Shown one piece after another: positions 8,662 through 18,225 of a stretch of DNA of 32,000 bases. The translations under genes were made by a program, and so were the position numbers. Position 1 is the stretch's first letter. Each line of letters starts with the position of its first letter. The DNA comes from Psychrobacter cryohalolentis K5 (GTDB lineage: Bacteria > Pseudomonadota > Gammaproteobacteria > Pseudomonadales > Moraxellaceae): the NCBI RefSeq assembly GCF_000013905.1, contig NC_007969.1, forward strand, positions 1,020,001 to 1,052,000, written 5' to 3'. A model generated the notes under the pieces. The model made no database searches. It saw only the letters and a program-made list of their open reading frames with translations, and had not been told where the DNA came from.

Positions 8662-8910
8662 AAGATCCAACGGTCAGAAAGAATGCTAAAAAATTAGCGT
8701 AAAAACGGGGCAGAAAGTGAGATGTTCATAGAAAAGGTAAGCAAGATAGCAAGTCAATGGCTTTAGTTAAAGGGGTTTTTTGCTAACGTCATTAACACCT
8801 AGCTTTTTAATGATAAATACTTACTTTAGCAATAGGTTTATCTGGTTTGTCAAAATAGATAAATAAGGGGATAATTCCAAACAATATCATACTTATTTAG
8901 AAGTTATATT

Positions 8911-9588
8911 ATGCTCATCAATGCAGACTTTTCATGCCGTGCTGCCTTAGCACCTGAACACTATCAGTGGGTCCAATCACCACAAAACGGCGTCGAGCGC
9001 GTGATGCTTGACCGAGTTGGCACCGAAAAAGCGCGTGCTACCAGTATCGTACGCTATGCCCCTGAGTCAAATTTTCCGCATCATCTGCACCCAGGAGGTG
9101 AAGAGATTCTGGTATTGTCAGGCACTTTTTCTGCGGATAACAACGATTATCCTACTGGTTGGTATCTACGCAATCCACCGACTTCAGGGCATCAGCCTTA
9201 TAGTCATGAGGGGGCTGTTATTTTTGTCAAACTTTGGCAGATGACAGTCGACGAGACCCGTCATGTCGCTATCGATACCAACGATGCTGACAACTGGCAA
9301 GAACAAGGCGGCCGTGAGGTTTGCCAGTTATACTCGAATGCAAAGGAGCAAGTGAGCTTGCAACGTATCAATGCAGGTGAGGCATTGTTTACAGGTATCA
9401 TTGTAGGAGGTGCTGAGCTATTGGTACTAGAGGGCACGTTGATAGAAGCGGGACAGAGTTATCAGCGCGGTAGTTGGATACGTCTGCCTATCGATGCGAT
9501 ATCGCAAATAACAGCAGGAGAGAATGCCGCCACGGTTTATCTAAAAACTGGACATTTATCACAAATCATCGGTATCGATGTTCACTGA
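8911..9588 (+). CDS. Cupin-domain protein of the ChrR-type cupin family (no anti-sigma N-terminal domain)
   Basis: ERVMLDRVGTEKARATSIVRYAPESNFPHHLHPGGEEILVLSG...YLRNPPTSGH...VKLWQ matches the ChrR C-terminal cupin pattern. A second, degenerate cupin-like half follows. The Shine-Dalgarno is weak, so the start is uncertain. Confidence 0.65.
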   Translation: MLINADFSCRAALAPEHYQWVQSPQNGVERVMLDRVGTEKARATSIVRYAPESNFPHHLHPGGEEILVLSGTFSADNNDYPTGWYLRNPPTSGHQPYSHEGAVIFVKLWQMTVDETRHVAIDTNDADNWQEQGGREVCQLYSNAKEQVSLQRINAGEALFTGIIVGGAELLVLEGTLIEAGQSYQRGSWIRLPIDAISQITAGENAATVYLKTGHLSQIIGIDVH

Positions 9589-9616
9589 GTTTATAAGTAC
9601 TGTTGAGAAAAATAAT

Positions 9617-10723
9617 ATGAAAAAAGCATCGGTAGCGATTATTGGCGGCGGTCTAAGCGGCTTGTATGCGGCTTATTTATTAGAGAAAAAAGGCATCGAT
9701 TATGTGCTGTTAGAGGCGCGTCCGACGCTAGGTGGTCGTATCGTTACTGCAAAATTTTCGAGAGGTAATAAAAATATAGATAGCTTTGATTTGGGGCCTT
9801 CTTGGTTTTGGCCAGACTATCAGCAGCAGTTGGCGCATCTTATTGCAGAACTGCAATTAGAGACCGTAACGCAGTTTGAAGACGGCGATATGATGGTCGA
9901 GCGCTCGCCTGATGCGCCTGCTGTTCGTACGCAAGGCTATAAGAGTTCACCACCTTCTATGCGACTTAAAGGCGGTATGGCAGCATTGATAGAGGCTTTG
10001 TATCTTCACTTAGATGCATCACGTATTTTGACTGGCCAAATCATATCTCAACTTAATCATGCTGGTCAATATATTGAACTTACTAGTAAAGACATAACTG
10101 GGCAAGTAATGACTTGGCAAGCGCAACATATACTGCTTGCACTACCGCCACGTTTGGTACAAGAAAGCATTACGTTTCAACCTGCTTTACCTTCCAATCT
10201 AGCTGCGCAGTGGCAGCAGACTGCAACTTGGATGGCGCCACACGCCAAATATGTGGCGGTTTATGACACGCCTTTTTGGCAAAAACAGGGTCTTTCTGGA
10301 GCGGCGAGAAGCGCACAAGGTCCTATGGTTGAGATTCATGATGCTTCGGTGACAGACGGTAGTGGTGCGCTGTTTGGTTTTATAGGTGTACCTGCAGAAA
10401 TACGTCAAAATATTTCTGAAGCCCAATTAAAAATCCATTGCCGTGCACAGTTGGTAAGACTGTTTGGCGTAGAGGCAGAGAATCCTAAAAGAGAATATCT
10501 CAAAGACTGGGCGCAAGAACCGTTTACAGCGACTGCTACTGACGCGAGTGGCAATGGTCAACATGCGTCAGCACCTGTATCTAAAGCAATATCTGGCGTA
10601 TGGGAAAATTGTCTGACGGGTATTGGCAGTGAATGGTCAACACAATTCCCAGGTTACCTTGCTGGGGCGATCGATGCTGCTAGCATAGGGACGCTAAACC
10701 TTCCTGAGTCAGTCTTGACTTAA
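9617..10723 (+). CDS. FAD-dependent amine oxidase family protein (flavin monoamine oxidase-like)
   Basis: It has the dinucleotide-binding N-terminus MKKASVAIIGGGLSGLYAAYLLEKKGIDYVLLEARPTLGGRI. The start is moved to ATG 9617, which puts the GxGxxG motif at the N-terminus. Confidence 0.75.
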   Translation: MKKASVAIIGGGLSGLYAAYLLEKKGIDYVLLEARPTLGGRIVTAKFSRGNKNIDSFDLGPSWFWPDYQQQLAHLIAELQLETVTQFEDGDMMVERSPDAPAVRTQGYKSSPPSMRLKGGMAALIEALYLHLDASRILTGQIISQLNHAGQYIELTSKDITGQVMTWQAQHILLALPPRLVQESITFQPALPSNLAAQWQQTATWMAPHAKYVAVYDTPFWQKQGLSGAARSAQGPMVEIHDASVTDGSGALFGFIGVPAEIRQNISEAQLKIHCRAQLVRLFGVEAENPKREYLKDWAQEPFTATATDASGNGQHASAPVSKAISGVWENCLTGIGSEWSTQFPGYLAGAIDAASIGTLNLPESVLT

Positions 10724-10782
10724 TTAATCCTGCTTATACCAATATAAAGAACCGCCTCTAAACAGTCGTTTTTGGATCTGCT

Positions 10783-10826
10783 CTTTCCTTGCTATACGGG
10801 CGTTTCGCTGTTTATAGTAAGGAAAG
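10783..10826 (+). terminator. Strong hairpin downstream of the amine oxidase gene (possible terminator)
   Basis: CTTTCCTTGCTATA pairs with TATAGTAAGGAAAG (14 bp with one G-U) around a 16-nt loop. The following U-tract is weak (GTTTG). Confidence 0.4.
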
Positions 10827-10992
10827 GTTTGAGTTCAATGCAAAGTGCGGCGCGTCAAGTAAAGCCATATTATCAGTCCGCCTTGCTCCCATAATTCCAT
10901 CTAGCCTTATTTCATCTAAAATAAACAAAATACATATTAACCCTTCACATTGCTAGATTATTTCTATAAAATACCGACCGTGTGGTTTCTTT

Positions 10993-11006
10993 AATGTATA
11001 TACATT
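10993..11006. promoter_or_regulatory. Perfect 14-bp palindrome, candidate TetR operator of the SMR-TetR operon
   Basis: AATGTATATACATT lies 38-51 nt upstream of the SMR start codon and next to a TATTAAT/TAATAT -10-like sequence. Confidence 0.45.
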
Positions 11007-11043
11007 ATTAATATGTGCTCAATTTGAGACAGGTATCCTAATT

Positions 11044-11388
11044 ATGAGTCCTACCACTATTGCTTACGGTTACCTTGCCATTGCTATCATTTGTGAAGTC
11101 ATTGGCACCACCTTTTTAGCTAAGTCAGAGCAGTTTACGCGTTTGGTGCCGACAGTGATTATGGGTGTGCTCTACGCCATCTCGTTTTACTTATTGACAC
11201 AGACTATCAAGACCATACCGCTTGGTATCGCTTATGCGTTGTGGGCTGGACTTGGGATTGTATTGACCTCATTGGTAGGCTTGGTGTTTTTTAAGCAAAC
11301 ACTGGATACAGCAGCGGTGGTTGGTATTGCGATGATTGTGGGCGGTGTCGTTGTGATGAATTTACTGTCTAATTCTGTCGGGCATTAA
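11044..11388 (+). CDS. SMR-family multidrug / quaternary-cation efflux protein, EmrE/Qac subtype
   Basis: 114 aa with 4 TM segments and the membrane-embedded Glu in AIAIICEVIGTTFLAKSE. The blocks GIAYALWAGLGIVL and the NLLS tail match EmrE rather than SugE/Gdx. Confidence 0.85.
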   Translation: MSPTTIAYGYLAIAIICEVIGTTFLAKSEQFTRLVPTVIMGVLYAISFYLLTQTIKTIPLGIAYALWAGLGIVLTSLVGLVFFKQTLDTAAVVGIAMIVGGVVVMNLLSNSVGH

Positions 11389-11408
11389 TCGTGTATCTGG
11401 AGATAAAA

Positions 11409-11981
11409 ATGGAAGCTGAAAACGCGCATAAGCGCAAAAAACAACCAGAAGTAGTACGTCGGGCATTACTCGACCAAGCGGCACGCATTACTTTAGAGCA
11501 AGGTTTGGCCAAGGTGACCTTCCAAGCGGTTGCTGATGCAGTCGGAGTAACTAAAGGCGGCGTGATGCATCATTTCACCACCAAAAACGCGTTGGTCATG
11601 GAAGTATTTCATGACGCGATGAAAAAGTTTGAGGTGGAAGTTGACTCGGCTATGGCAAAAGACCCAGTGCGTTTTGGCTCCTTTACCCGTGCTTATATCA
11701 ATGCCACGATTAGCTTGGGCGAAAAAGGGCAGCATGAGTTCAATAGCCAAGCGACATTATATGCATTGATGCTAGGCGATAGTGAGCTACGTGACTTATG
11801 GGCAGAGTGGGCAAATGCACAATTAAAGAAACATGAAGCAACCGACAATACCGAAACATTATGTATGGTGCGTTTAGTCGCTGATGGTATTTGGCTCTCT
11901 GATTTTTCAGGAATCAATATCTCAGATAAAGCATCTATTCATAAACGCTTGATAAGCATGACGCAATCTGAGAAAGAGTAA
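11409..11981 (+). CDS. TetR/AcrR-family transcriptional regulator
   Basis: N-terminal helix-turn-helix TFQAVADAVGVTKGGVMHHFTTKNALV. A GGAG Shine-Dalgarno lies 6 nt before ATG 11409, which is 20 nt after the SMR stop, so the two genes are probably co-transcribed. Confidence 0.85.
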   Translation: MEAENAHKRKKQPEVVRRALLDQAARITLEQGLAKVTFQAVADAVGVTKGGVMHHFTTKNALVMEVFHDAMKKFEVEVDSAMAKDPVRFGSFTRAYINATISLGEKGQHEFNSQATLYALMLGDSELRDLWAEWANAQLKKHEATDNTETLCMVRLVADGIWLSDFSGINISDKASIHKRLISMTQSEKE

Positions 11982-12161
11982 GACGCTGCTCTCAACTGAT
12001 TTATCGAAGAAACGTTTTTTATTAAAACAGCATTGAAAGACAGGCTTGTAGCAATAGGCTATATAAATTTATTTTAAACATTTAACCCATGACGAGATTA
12101 TTTGGTATTGGCGTGCTTACCTTATAAAGCTTTTGCCAGTCGTCGTAAGGAGAAAGAACAC

Positions 12162-13676
12162 ATGACAGATTCAAAAACAGTGCTAAATAACTTAACAGAC
12201 ATCATTGATTTAGAACAAATACAAACTGCCTATATTAACGGTCGTTATTTGGCGGTAGATGAAACGCTGACGACTTTTGAAGATATCAATCCAGCGACGG
12301 GTGAAGTGCTGGCGACTATCCAACAAACGACCAATGAGCAAATTGATGAGGCTGTTAAAGCGGCACAAAAAGGTCAAAAAGTTTGGGCAGCACTGACAGC
12401 AGTTGAGCGTGGTCGAATCCTATCAAAGGCCGTTGAGATATTGCGTGACCGCAACGACGTACTGGCATTACTCGAAACCAAAGACACAGGTAAAGCGTAT
12501 TCTGAAACCAAGTATGTCGATATCGTCACCGGTGCGGATGTCGTTGAATATTATGCGGGTCTGGCACCGATGATTGAAGGTCGTCAGATTCCACTACGTG
12601 ATACCAGTTTTGTCTATACTCGCCGTGAGCCACTTGGCGTGGTCGCTGGTATTGGTGCATGGAACTATCCGATTCAAATCGCGATGTGGAAGGCAGCACC
12701 AGCACTAGCTGCTGGTAACGCGATGATCTTTAAACCATCAGAAGTTACACCATTAACCGCCCTAAAACTGGCAGAAATATTTACCGAAGCGGGCTTACCA
12801 GATGGCGTATTTAACGTCGTGCAAGGCAATTATAAAGTGGGTGAGGCCTTAACTCAGCATCCTGATATCGCCAAAGTCTCGTTTACCGGTGGCGTGCCGA
12901 CGGGTAAAAAAGTCATGTCGAGTGCGGCATCATCATCTCTTAAAGACGTAACATTAGAGCTGGGTGGTAAGTCGCCATTAATCATATTTGATGATGCGGA
13001 CATCGATACGGCAGCTGATATTGCGATGATGGCGAACTTCTATAGCAGTGGTCAGGTATGTACTAATGGTACGCGCGTGTTTGTTCCTAAAGCCATGCAA
13101 GCTAAGTTTGAGCAGGCTATCTTAACGCGTGTTGAGCGTATTAAGCTCGGCGATCCAATGGATGAAAACATCAATATGGGCCCGCTAGTCAGCTTCCCTC
13201 ATATGGAAAGAGTACTTGGTTATATCGAGCAAGGTAAAGCCAGTGGCGCACGTTTGCTAATAGGTGGTGACCGTGTGACGACAGGCGAATTGGCAAATGG
13301 CGCATTCGTCGCACCGACGGTATTCACTGATTGCACCGATGAGATGACTATCGTACGTGAGGAAATATTTGGCCCAGTGATGTCTATATTGACTTATGAG
13401 ACTGAAGAAGAAGTCATTCGCCGTGCCAATGATACCGAGTATGGATTGGCAGCTGGGGTCGTGACTGCTGCTTTGACCCGAGCACATCGAGTTATCGCTC
13501 AAATTGAAGCGGGTATCTGCTGGTTAAATACGTGGGGCGAATCCGCAGCACAAATGCCAGTCGGCGGTTATAAGCATTCAGGTGTTGGCCGCGAAAACGG
13601 CATTGAAGCCCTTGAACACTATACGCAGACCAAATCTATCCAAGTAGAATTGGGTAAGTTTGAATCAGTCTTTTAA
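12162..13676 (+). CDS. betB: Betaine-aldehyde dehydrogenase
   Basis: Aldehyde dehydrogenase family with [10 protein letters not shown] and the catalytic Cys in [13 protein letters not shown]. It sits directly upstream of betA. An AAGGAG Shine-Dalgarno precedes ATG 12162. Confidence 0.9.
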   Translation: MTDSKTVLNNLTDIIDLEQIQTAYINGRYLAVDETLTTFEDINPATGEVLATIQQTTNEQIDEAVKAAQKGQKVWAALTAVERGRILSKAVEILRDRNDVLALLETKDTGKAYSETKYVDIVTGADVVEYYAGLAPMIEGRQIPLRDTSFVYTRREPLGVVAGIGAWNYPIQIAMWKAAPALAAGNAMIFKPSEVTPLTALKLAEIFTEAGLPDGVFNVVQGNYKVGEALTQHPDIAKVSFTGGVPTGKKVMSSAASSSLKDVTLELGGKSPLIIFDDADIDTAADIAMMANFYSSGQVCTNGTRVFVPKAMQAKFEQAILTRVERIKLGDPMDENINMGPLVSFPHMERVLGYIEQGKASGARLLIGGDRVTTGELANGAFVAPTVFTDCTDEMTIVREEIFGPVMSILTYETEEEVIRRANDTEYGLAAGVVTAALTRAHRVIAQIEAGICWLNTWGESAAQMPVGGYKHSGVGRENGIEALEHYTQTKSIQVELGKFESVF

Positions 13677-13700
13677 TCATTTGTATTGAGAAAATTCTTA

Positions 13701-13756
13701 ATCAGTAAAGTGGTTCAGTAGTAGAGCTAATTTGTTCTTTGTTCGACTTTACTGAT
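13701..13756 (+). promoter_or_regulatory. Intercistronic inverted repeat between betB and betA
   Basis: ATCAGTAAAGT (13701-13711) pairs with ACTTTACTGAT (13746-13756), perfect 11-bp arms with a 34-nt spacer. No U-tract follows. Confidence 0.35.
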
Positions 13757-13793
13757 AGTAAATGATTTATTTTTCAATATTATGGAGCGTTTT

Positions 13794-15491
13794 ATGACAT
13801 CAACCACACCTGAGTATGACTACATCATCGTTGGCGCAGGATCAGCAGGAAATGTGCTGGCTACACGCTTGACCGAAGATGCCAGTATTAAAGTGCTGCT
13901 GCTAGAAGCGGGTCGCCCAGACCATCGTTTGGATTTCCGCACCCAAATGCCAGCGGCGCTCGCAATGCCGTTACAAGGAACGACTTATAACTGGGGCTAC
14001 AAAACCGATCCTGAGCCGAATATGAATAATCGTGTGATGGACTGCGGTCGCGGTAAAGGACTTGGCGGCTCGTCATTGATTAACGGTATGTGTTATATCC
14101 GTGGTAATGCACTAGATTTTGATGACTGGTCTGAGATTAAAGGCTTAGAAGATTGGACGTATCTGGATTGCCTGCCGTATTTTAAAAAGTTAGAAAACCG
14201 CGATGCTGGTGAGAACAACTATCATGGTGTGGGTGGTCCTGTTGAGATGACGACCTCAAAACCAGGGGTCAATCCACTGTTTCAAGCGATGATTGAAGCA
14301 GGTGTGCAAGCTGGCTATCCAAGTACCGACGATTTAAACGGCTATCAGCAAGAAGGCTTTGGGCCGATGGATCGTTTCGTGACGCCTAATGGTCGCCGTG
14401 CCTCAACGTCCCGTGGCTATCTGGACCGTGCCAAACCGCGCAGCAATATCACGATTTTGACGGGTGCATTGACCGATGTAATCTTGTTCGATGGTAAGCG
14501 TGCCATCGGTGTCAAAGTCGAGCATCAAGGTCAAACCAAGAACTTTCATGCCTCTCGTGAAGTGATTGTCTCATCAGGTGCGATTGCTTCGCCACAATTA
14601 TTGCAGCGTTCTGGTATTGGCCCTGGTCAATGGTTAAAAGATCTAGGTGTTAATGAAATTCTAGATTTACCAGGCGTTGGTAATAACTTGCAAGATCATT
14701 TAGAGCTGTATATGCAGTATGAATGTAAGCTGCCAGTGTCGATTGCACCTGCCAATAAATGGTGGAACAAGCCCGCCATCGGTGCTGAGTGGTTATTCAA
14801 TGGTACTGGGCTGGGCGCGTCAAATCAGTTCGAAGGTGGCGGCTTTATTCGTACCGATGAGAAATTTACCCATCCTAATATTCAGTACCATTTCTTGCCA
14901 TTAGCAGTACGCTACGATGGTCGTAGTGCGGTTAAATCACATAGTTTCCAAGCACACGTGGGCTCATTACGCTCGCCAAGTCGTGGTCGCGTCAAGCTAA
15001 CCTCAAAAGATCCAAGCGCGCATCCGAGTATCTTGTTTAACTATATGTCTCATGATCAAGATTGGCAAGAGTTCCGTGCTGCCATGCGCATCACTCGTGA
15101 GATTATGCATCAGCCAGCGCTTGACCCTTATCGTGGTCGCTCGATTGCACCAACGGATGATTTAGTGACGGACGCCCAGTTAGACGAGTATGTCCGTAAT
15201 CACAGCGAGACGGCTTATCATCCATCTTGTACCTGTGCGATGGGCGAAGACAATGATTCGGTCGTCAATGGCGAAGGTTTGGTAAATGGTATCGATGGCT
15301 TGCGCGTGGTTGATGCGTCAATTATGCCAAATATCATCAGTGGCAATCTAAACGCGACCACCATTATGCTGGCAGAAAAAATCGTCGATAAAATGCGCGG
15401 TGTGCAGTTGCCACGTTCGACGGTAGATTATTATGTCGCTAATGGTGCACCATTGAGAGCTGAGCCGATGCGTGCTTATGGTTCTGTTTAA
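13794..15491 (+). CDS. betA: Choline dehydrogenase (GMC oxidoreductase)
   Basis: Collinear with E. coli BetA over its length as recalled, for example [62 protein letters not shown] and [13 protein letters not shown] lies 6 nt before ATG 13794. Confidence 0.95.
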   Translation: MTSTTPEYDYIIVGAGSAGNVLATRLTEDASIKVLLLEAGRPDHRLDFRTQMPAALAMPLQGTTYNWGYKTDPEPNMNNRVMDCGRGKGLGGSSLINGMCYIRGNALDFDDWSEIKGLEDWTYLDCLPYFKKLENRDAGENNYHGVGGPVEMTTSKPGVNPLFQAMIEAGVQAGYPSTDDLNGYQQEGFGPMDRFVTPNGRRASTSRGYLDRAKPRSNITILTGALTDVILFDGKRAIGVKVEHQGQTKNFHASREVIVSSGAIASPQLLQRSGIGPGQWLKDLGVNEILDLPGVGNNLQDHLELYMQYECKLPVSIAPANKWWNKPAIGAEWLFNGTGLGASNQFEGGGFIRTDEKFTHPNIQYHFLPLAVRYDGRSAVKSHSFQAHVGSLRSPSRGRVKLTSKDPSAHPSILFNYMSHDQDWQEFRAAMRITREIMHQPALDPYRGRSIAPTDDLVTDAQLDEYVRNHSETAYHPSCTCAMGEDNDSVVNGEGLVNGIDGLRVVDASIMPNIISGNLNATTIMLAEKIVDKMRGVQLPRSTVDYYVANGAPLRAEPMRAYGSV

Positions 15492-15507
15492 ATTAAATAT
15501 TAATAAG

Positions 15508-15533
15508 AAGGCCTTTTTATAAAGGTCTTTTTT
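15508..15533 (+). terminator. Rho-independent terminator after betA
   Basis: AAGGCCTTT pairs with AAAGGTCTT (9 bp, one G-U) around a 4-nt loop, running into a T-tract. Confidence 0.55.
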
Positions 15534-15592
15534 ATCCGCGCTACTGTTTTAGAAAACGAACACCATTAAAATTGATTTTTTAATGACTTACC

Positions 15593-15652
15593 TTGTTGCT
15601 TAAGTAATTACTGAAGTAGCCATTATGGAAGTGGTCATTACTTGAGCAACAA
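15593..15652 (+). promoter_or_regulatory. Long hairpin in the betT upstream region
   Basis: TTGTTGCTTAAGTAAT pairs with ATTACTTGAGCAACAA (16 bp, one G-U) around a 28-nt loop, followed by ATTTTTATTTATT. It lies 127-186 nt upstream of the betT start. Confidence 0.4.
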
Positions 15653-15778
15653 ATTTTTATTTATTGGTACTGCTTTGTGCGTCATGCAGGTATTTGTATG
15701 TCATGCGGTTATCAGTCATAAGATTATGACGGACAAAGCAATATCAGACCCTGTTTAATTTACCTATTGAGGTCTTTT

Positions 15779-17824
15779 ATGTACAGCTCGCCATCAAAGG
15801 ATGCGACGAAACCCCTGACTCTAAATAAGACGGTTTTTTTAGGTTCAGCTATTATTTCTATTTTATTGATAATCTGGACGATTGCGTTTCCAGATTATAG
15901 TGAGGCATTATTAAGTTCAAGTATGGCATGGGTATCAGAGAGTTTTGGCTGGTATTACATGCTGGTGGTTGCCGCGTATAGTATATTTGCCTTGTTTGTT
16001 GGCTTTTCTAAGTATGGCGATATTAAGCTTGGTCAAGATCATGAAAAGGCGCAATTTCCCTTTTTAGCGTGGGCAGCGATGCTGTTCTCCGCTGGTATCG
16101 GCATTGATTTATTGTTTTTTGGTGCGTCTGAGCCGTTGATGCATTATCTGACGCCGCATACGGGGCTCGAGCCTGCCAGTGAGGCGGCTATGCGTGAAGC
16201 ACTTGCGCAGACCTTTTTACATTGGGGTCTACATGGCTGGGGCATTTATGCTTTAATCGGGATGGCATTGGCGTACTTTGCTTATCGTAAAAACATGCCA
16301 CTCGCGTTACGTTCACCACTGACGCCTATCTTTGGCGAGCGCTTAATTAAAGGCTGGCTTGGTGATGGTATTGATACCTTTGGTGTGGTTTGTACCTTGA
16401 TGGGTATCGCGACCAGTTTGGGTATTGGTGTATTGCAAGCCAATGCTGGTTTGACTCATGTTTTTGGGATTGAATCCAGCAAAATGGTTCAAACCTTTAT
16501 CATCATAGGTGTTGTCGCTGCCGCGGCGATCTCTGCGATGACTGGTGTAGAAAGAGGCGTCCGCCGTTTATCCGAATTTAATATGCTATCTTCGATATTG
16601 CTATTAATCGCGATATTGGTGATGGGTAACACGGTTTATTTGCTGAATACCTTTACCCAAAATATTGGTCAATACTTCCAAACCATCGTTTTCAAAACCT
16701 TTGATGTTTATGCTTATGATGGTCAAGCTGGCGCTGATTGGAAATCAGGCTGGACGATATTTTTCTGGGCATGGTGGGTCGCTTGGGCACCGTTTGTAGG
16801 CCTATTTATTGCGCGTATTAGCCGTGGTCGTACCCTGCGTGAGTTCGTATTTGGTGTGATGTTTATCCCACTTGGATTCATCTTTGCTTGGTTCTCTATC
16901 TTTGGTAACTCAGCGATAGATTTGGTTGCCAATGGTGCCACTGAACTTGGTGAAATCGCAGTCAATGATGCGGCAATGGGCATGTTTGCCTTGTTTGAGT
17001 ATTTTCCTTACAGCGAAGTGCTATCATTTGCAGGTGTGGTTATCGGGTTAGTATTCTTTGTGACTTCAGCTGACTCAGGCGCGTTAGTATTAGCAAACTT
17101 GAGCTCACGCGGCATGACCAATGATACGGACGCACCTGTTTGGTTACGCTTATTTTGGGCAGCAGCGACCGGTCTTATTACCCTAGGCTTATTGTTTGCT
17201 GGTGGTTTTGCCTCATTACAGTCAGTATCCGTCATTGCAGGTTTGCCGTTCTCTCTTATCCTTGTACTCTATATGATGTCGATGTGGAAGTCGTTAAAAG
17301 AGGAAGGTAATAAGCGTAAAGCCAGTACGATTGGTACGGCTAATGTGCTTGATAGTGGTAAAAGCTGGAAAGCACGCTTGCAACGTATCGTCAGTTTCCC
17401 AAGCCATGCACAAGTTGAACGGTTTTTACAAAATGTGGTCAGACCTGCCATGACGGAAGTTGAAAAAGAGTTTGCGGCAGGCGGTCTAAAGACGTCTTTG
17501 GATATCCGTAACCCTGAACATATCGGACAAGATATAGATGAAGGCATGGATGAGAGTAGCGGTCAAATAGATGGTCTCAAATTGCGCGTCGGACATGGCG
17601 ATGAAGATGACTTTATTTATGAAGTTAATTTGATCAAAGCGGAGCGTCCTAACTTTACATTGAGCACCTCAACTAAGAACGCAGAGTACTATTATCGTGC
17701 GGAAGTGTTCTTAAGTGAAGGCTCGCAAGAGTATGACTTGGTTGGTTACTCCAAAGAGCAAGTGTTGGTCGATATCTTAAATCAGTACGAGCGCCATTTG
17801 CAGTATCTACATTTAGAGCGTTAA
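15779..17824 (+). CDS. betT: BCCT-family choline transporter
   Basis: 681 aa. It has the BCCT signature region WTIFFWAWWVAWAPFVGLFIARISRGRTLREF and a long hydrophilic C-terminal domain, as in E. coli BetT. GAGG lies 6 nt before ATG 15779. Confidence 0.9.
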   Translation: MYSSPSKDATKPLTLNKTVFLGSAIISILLIIWTIAFPDYSEALLSSSMAWVSESFGWYYMLVVAAYSIFALFVGFSKYGDIKLGQDHEKAQFPFLAWAAMLFSAGIGIDLLFFGASEPLMHYLTPHTGLEPASEAAMREALAQTFLHWGLHGWGIYALIGMALAYFAYRKNMPLALRSPLTPIFGERLIKGWLGDGIDTFGVVCTLMGIATSLGIGVLQANAGLTHVFGIESSKMVQTFIIIGVVAAAAISAMTGVERGVRRLSEFNMLSSILLLIAILVMGNTVYLLNTFTQNIGQYFQTIVFKTFDVYAYDGQAGADWKSGWTIFFWAWWVAWAPFVGLFIARISRGRTLREFVFGVMFIPLGFIFAWFSIFGNSAIDLVANGATELGEIAVNDAAMGMFALFEYFPYSEVLSFAGVVIGLVFFVTSADSGALVLANLSSRGMTNDTDAPVWLRLFWAAATGLITLGLLFAGGFASLQSVSVIAGLPFSLILVLYMMSMWKSLKEEGNKRKASTIGTANVLDSGKSWKARLQRIVSFPSHAQVERFLQNVVRPAMTEVEKEFAAGGLKTSLDIRNPEHIGQDIDEGMDESSGQIDGLKLRVGHGDEDDFIYEVNLIKAERPNFTLSTSTKNAEYYYRAEVFLSEGSQEYDLVGYSKEQVLVDILNQYERHLQYLHLER

Positions 17825-17855
17825 TAGCTAAGTAATATACTCGACTTTACACTGA

Positions 17856-17889
17856 CCCTATAAGTTGCATACAGCTTATAGGGTTTTTT
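17856..17889 (+). terminator. Rho-independent terminator after betT
   Basis: CCCTATAAG pairs with CTTATAGGG (perfect 9 bp) around a 10-nt loop, followed by T6. Confidence 0.8.
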
Positions 17890-18225
17890 AAATGTCAGCG
17901 TTATAGTCTATTTGCTATAAAAGGAATAGGATATATACTGCTACGTTTTATAATGAAGATTAACAGTATTACCATTATCTGATGTGCTATCATTATTAAA
18001 AATGGTCATTCAGACCTATCGTGGGTTTAATGGTTTCGTAGCTTTCACTTGCCATTGTGAATCAATCAATGACAGCGCTACAAGCCTTGCAACTTCCAGC
18101 ACGATATAAAATAACTCTGGTAAAGCGCATGAGCCTTTTCTCCGACAAAGTCATCCATGCCTTATTTGATTTGCCGAATTTGGCTTATTATTATACTTTT
18201 ATTGTCGGAGTTATAGGAGTCTCAC

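Noticed and set aside
10724-11043. A guanidine riboswitch (ykkC, mini-ykkC or ykkC-III) upstream of the SMR gene.
   Set aside because: The pump has EmrE/Qac-type motifs rather than Gdx/SugE motifs. I see no tandem ACGR-loop hairpins or ykkC conserved blocks. A TetR regulator plus a palindrome gives a simpler explanation.
11409-11981. Calling the TetR regulator upstream of betB 'BetI'.
   Set aside because: By eye it lacks the BetI-typical blocks and is translationally linked to the SMR gene. I left it as a generic TetR/AcrR regulator and raised the question as a finding.
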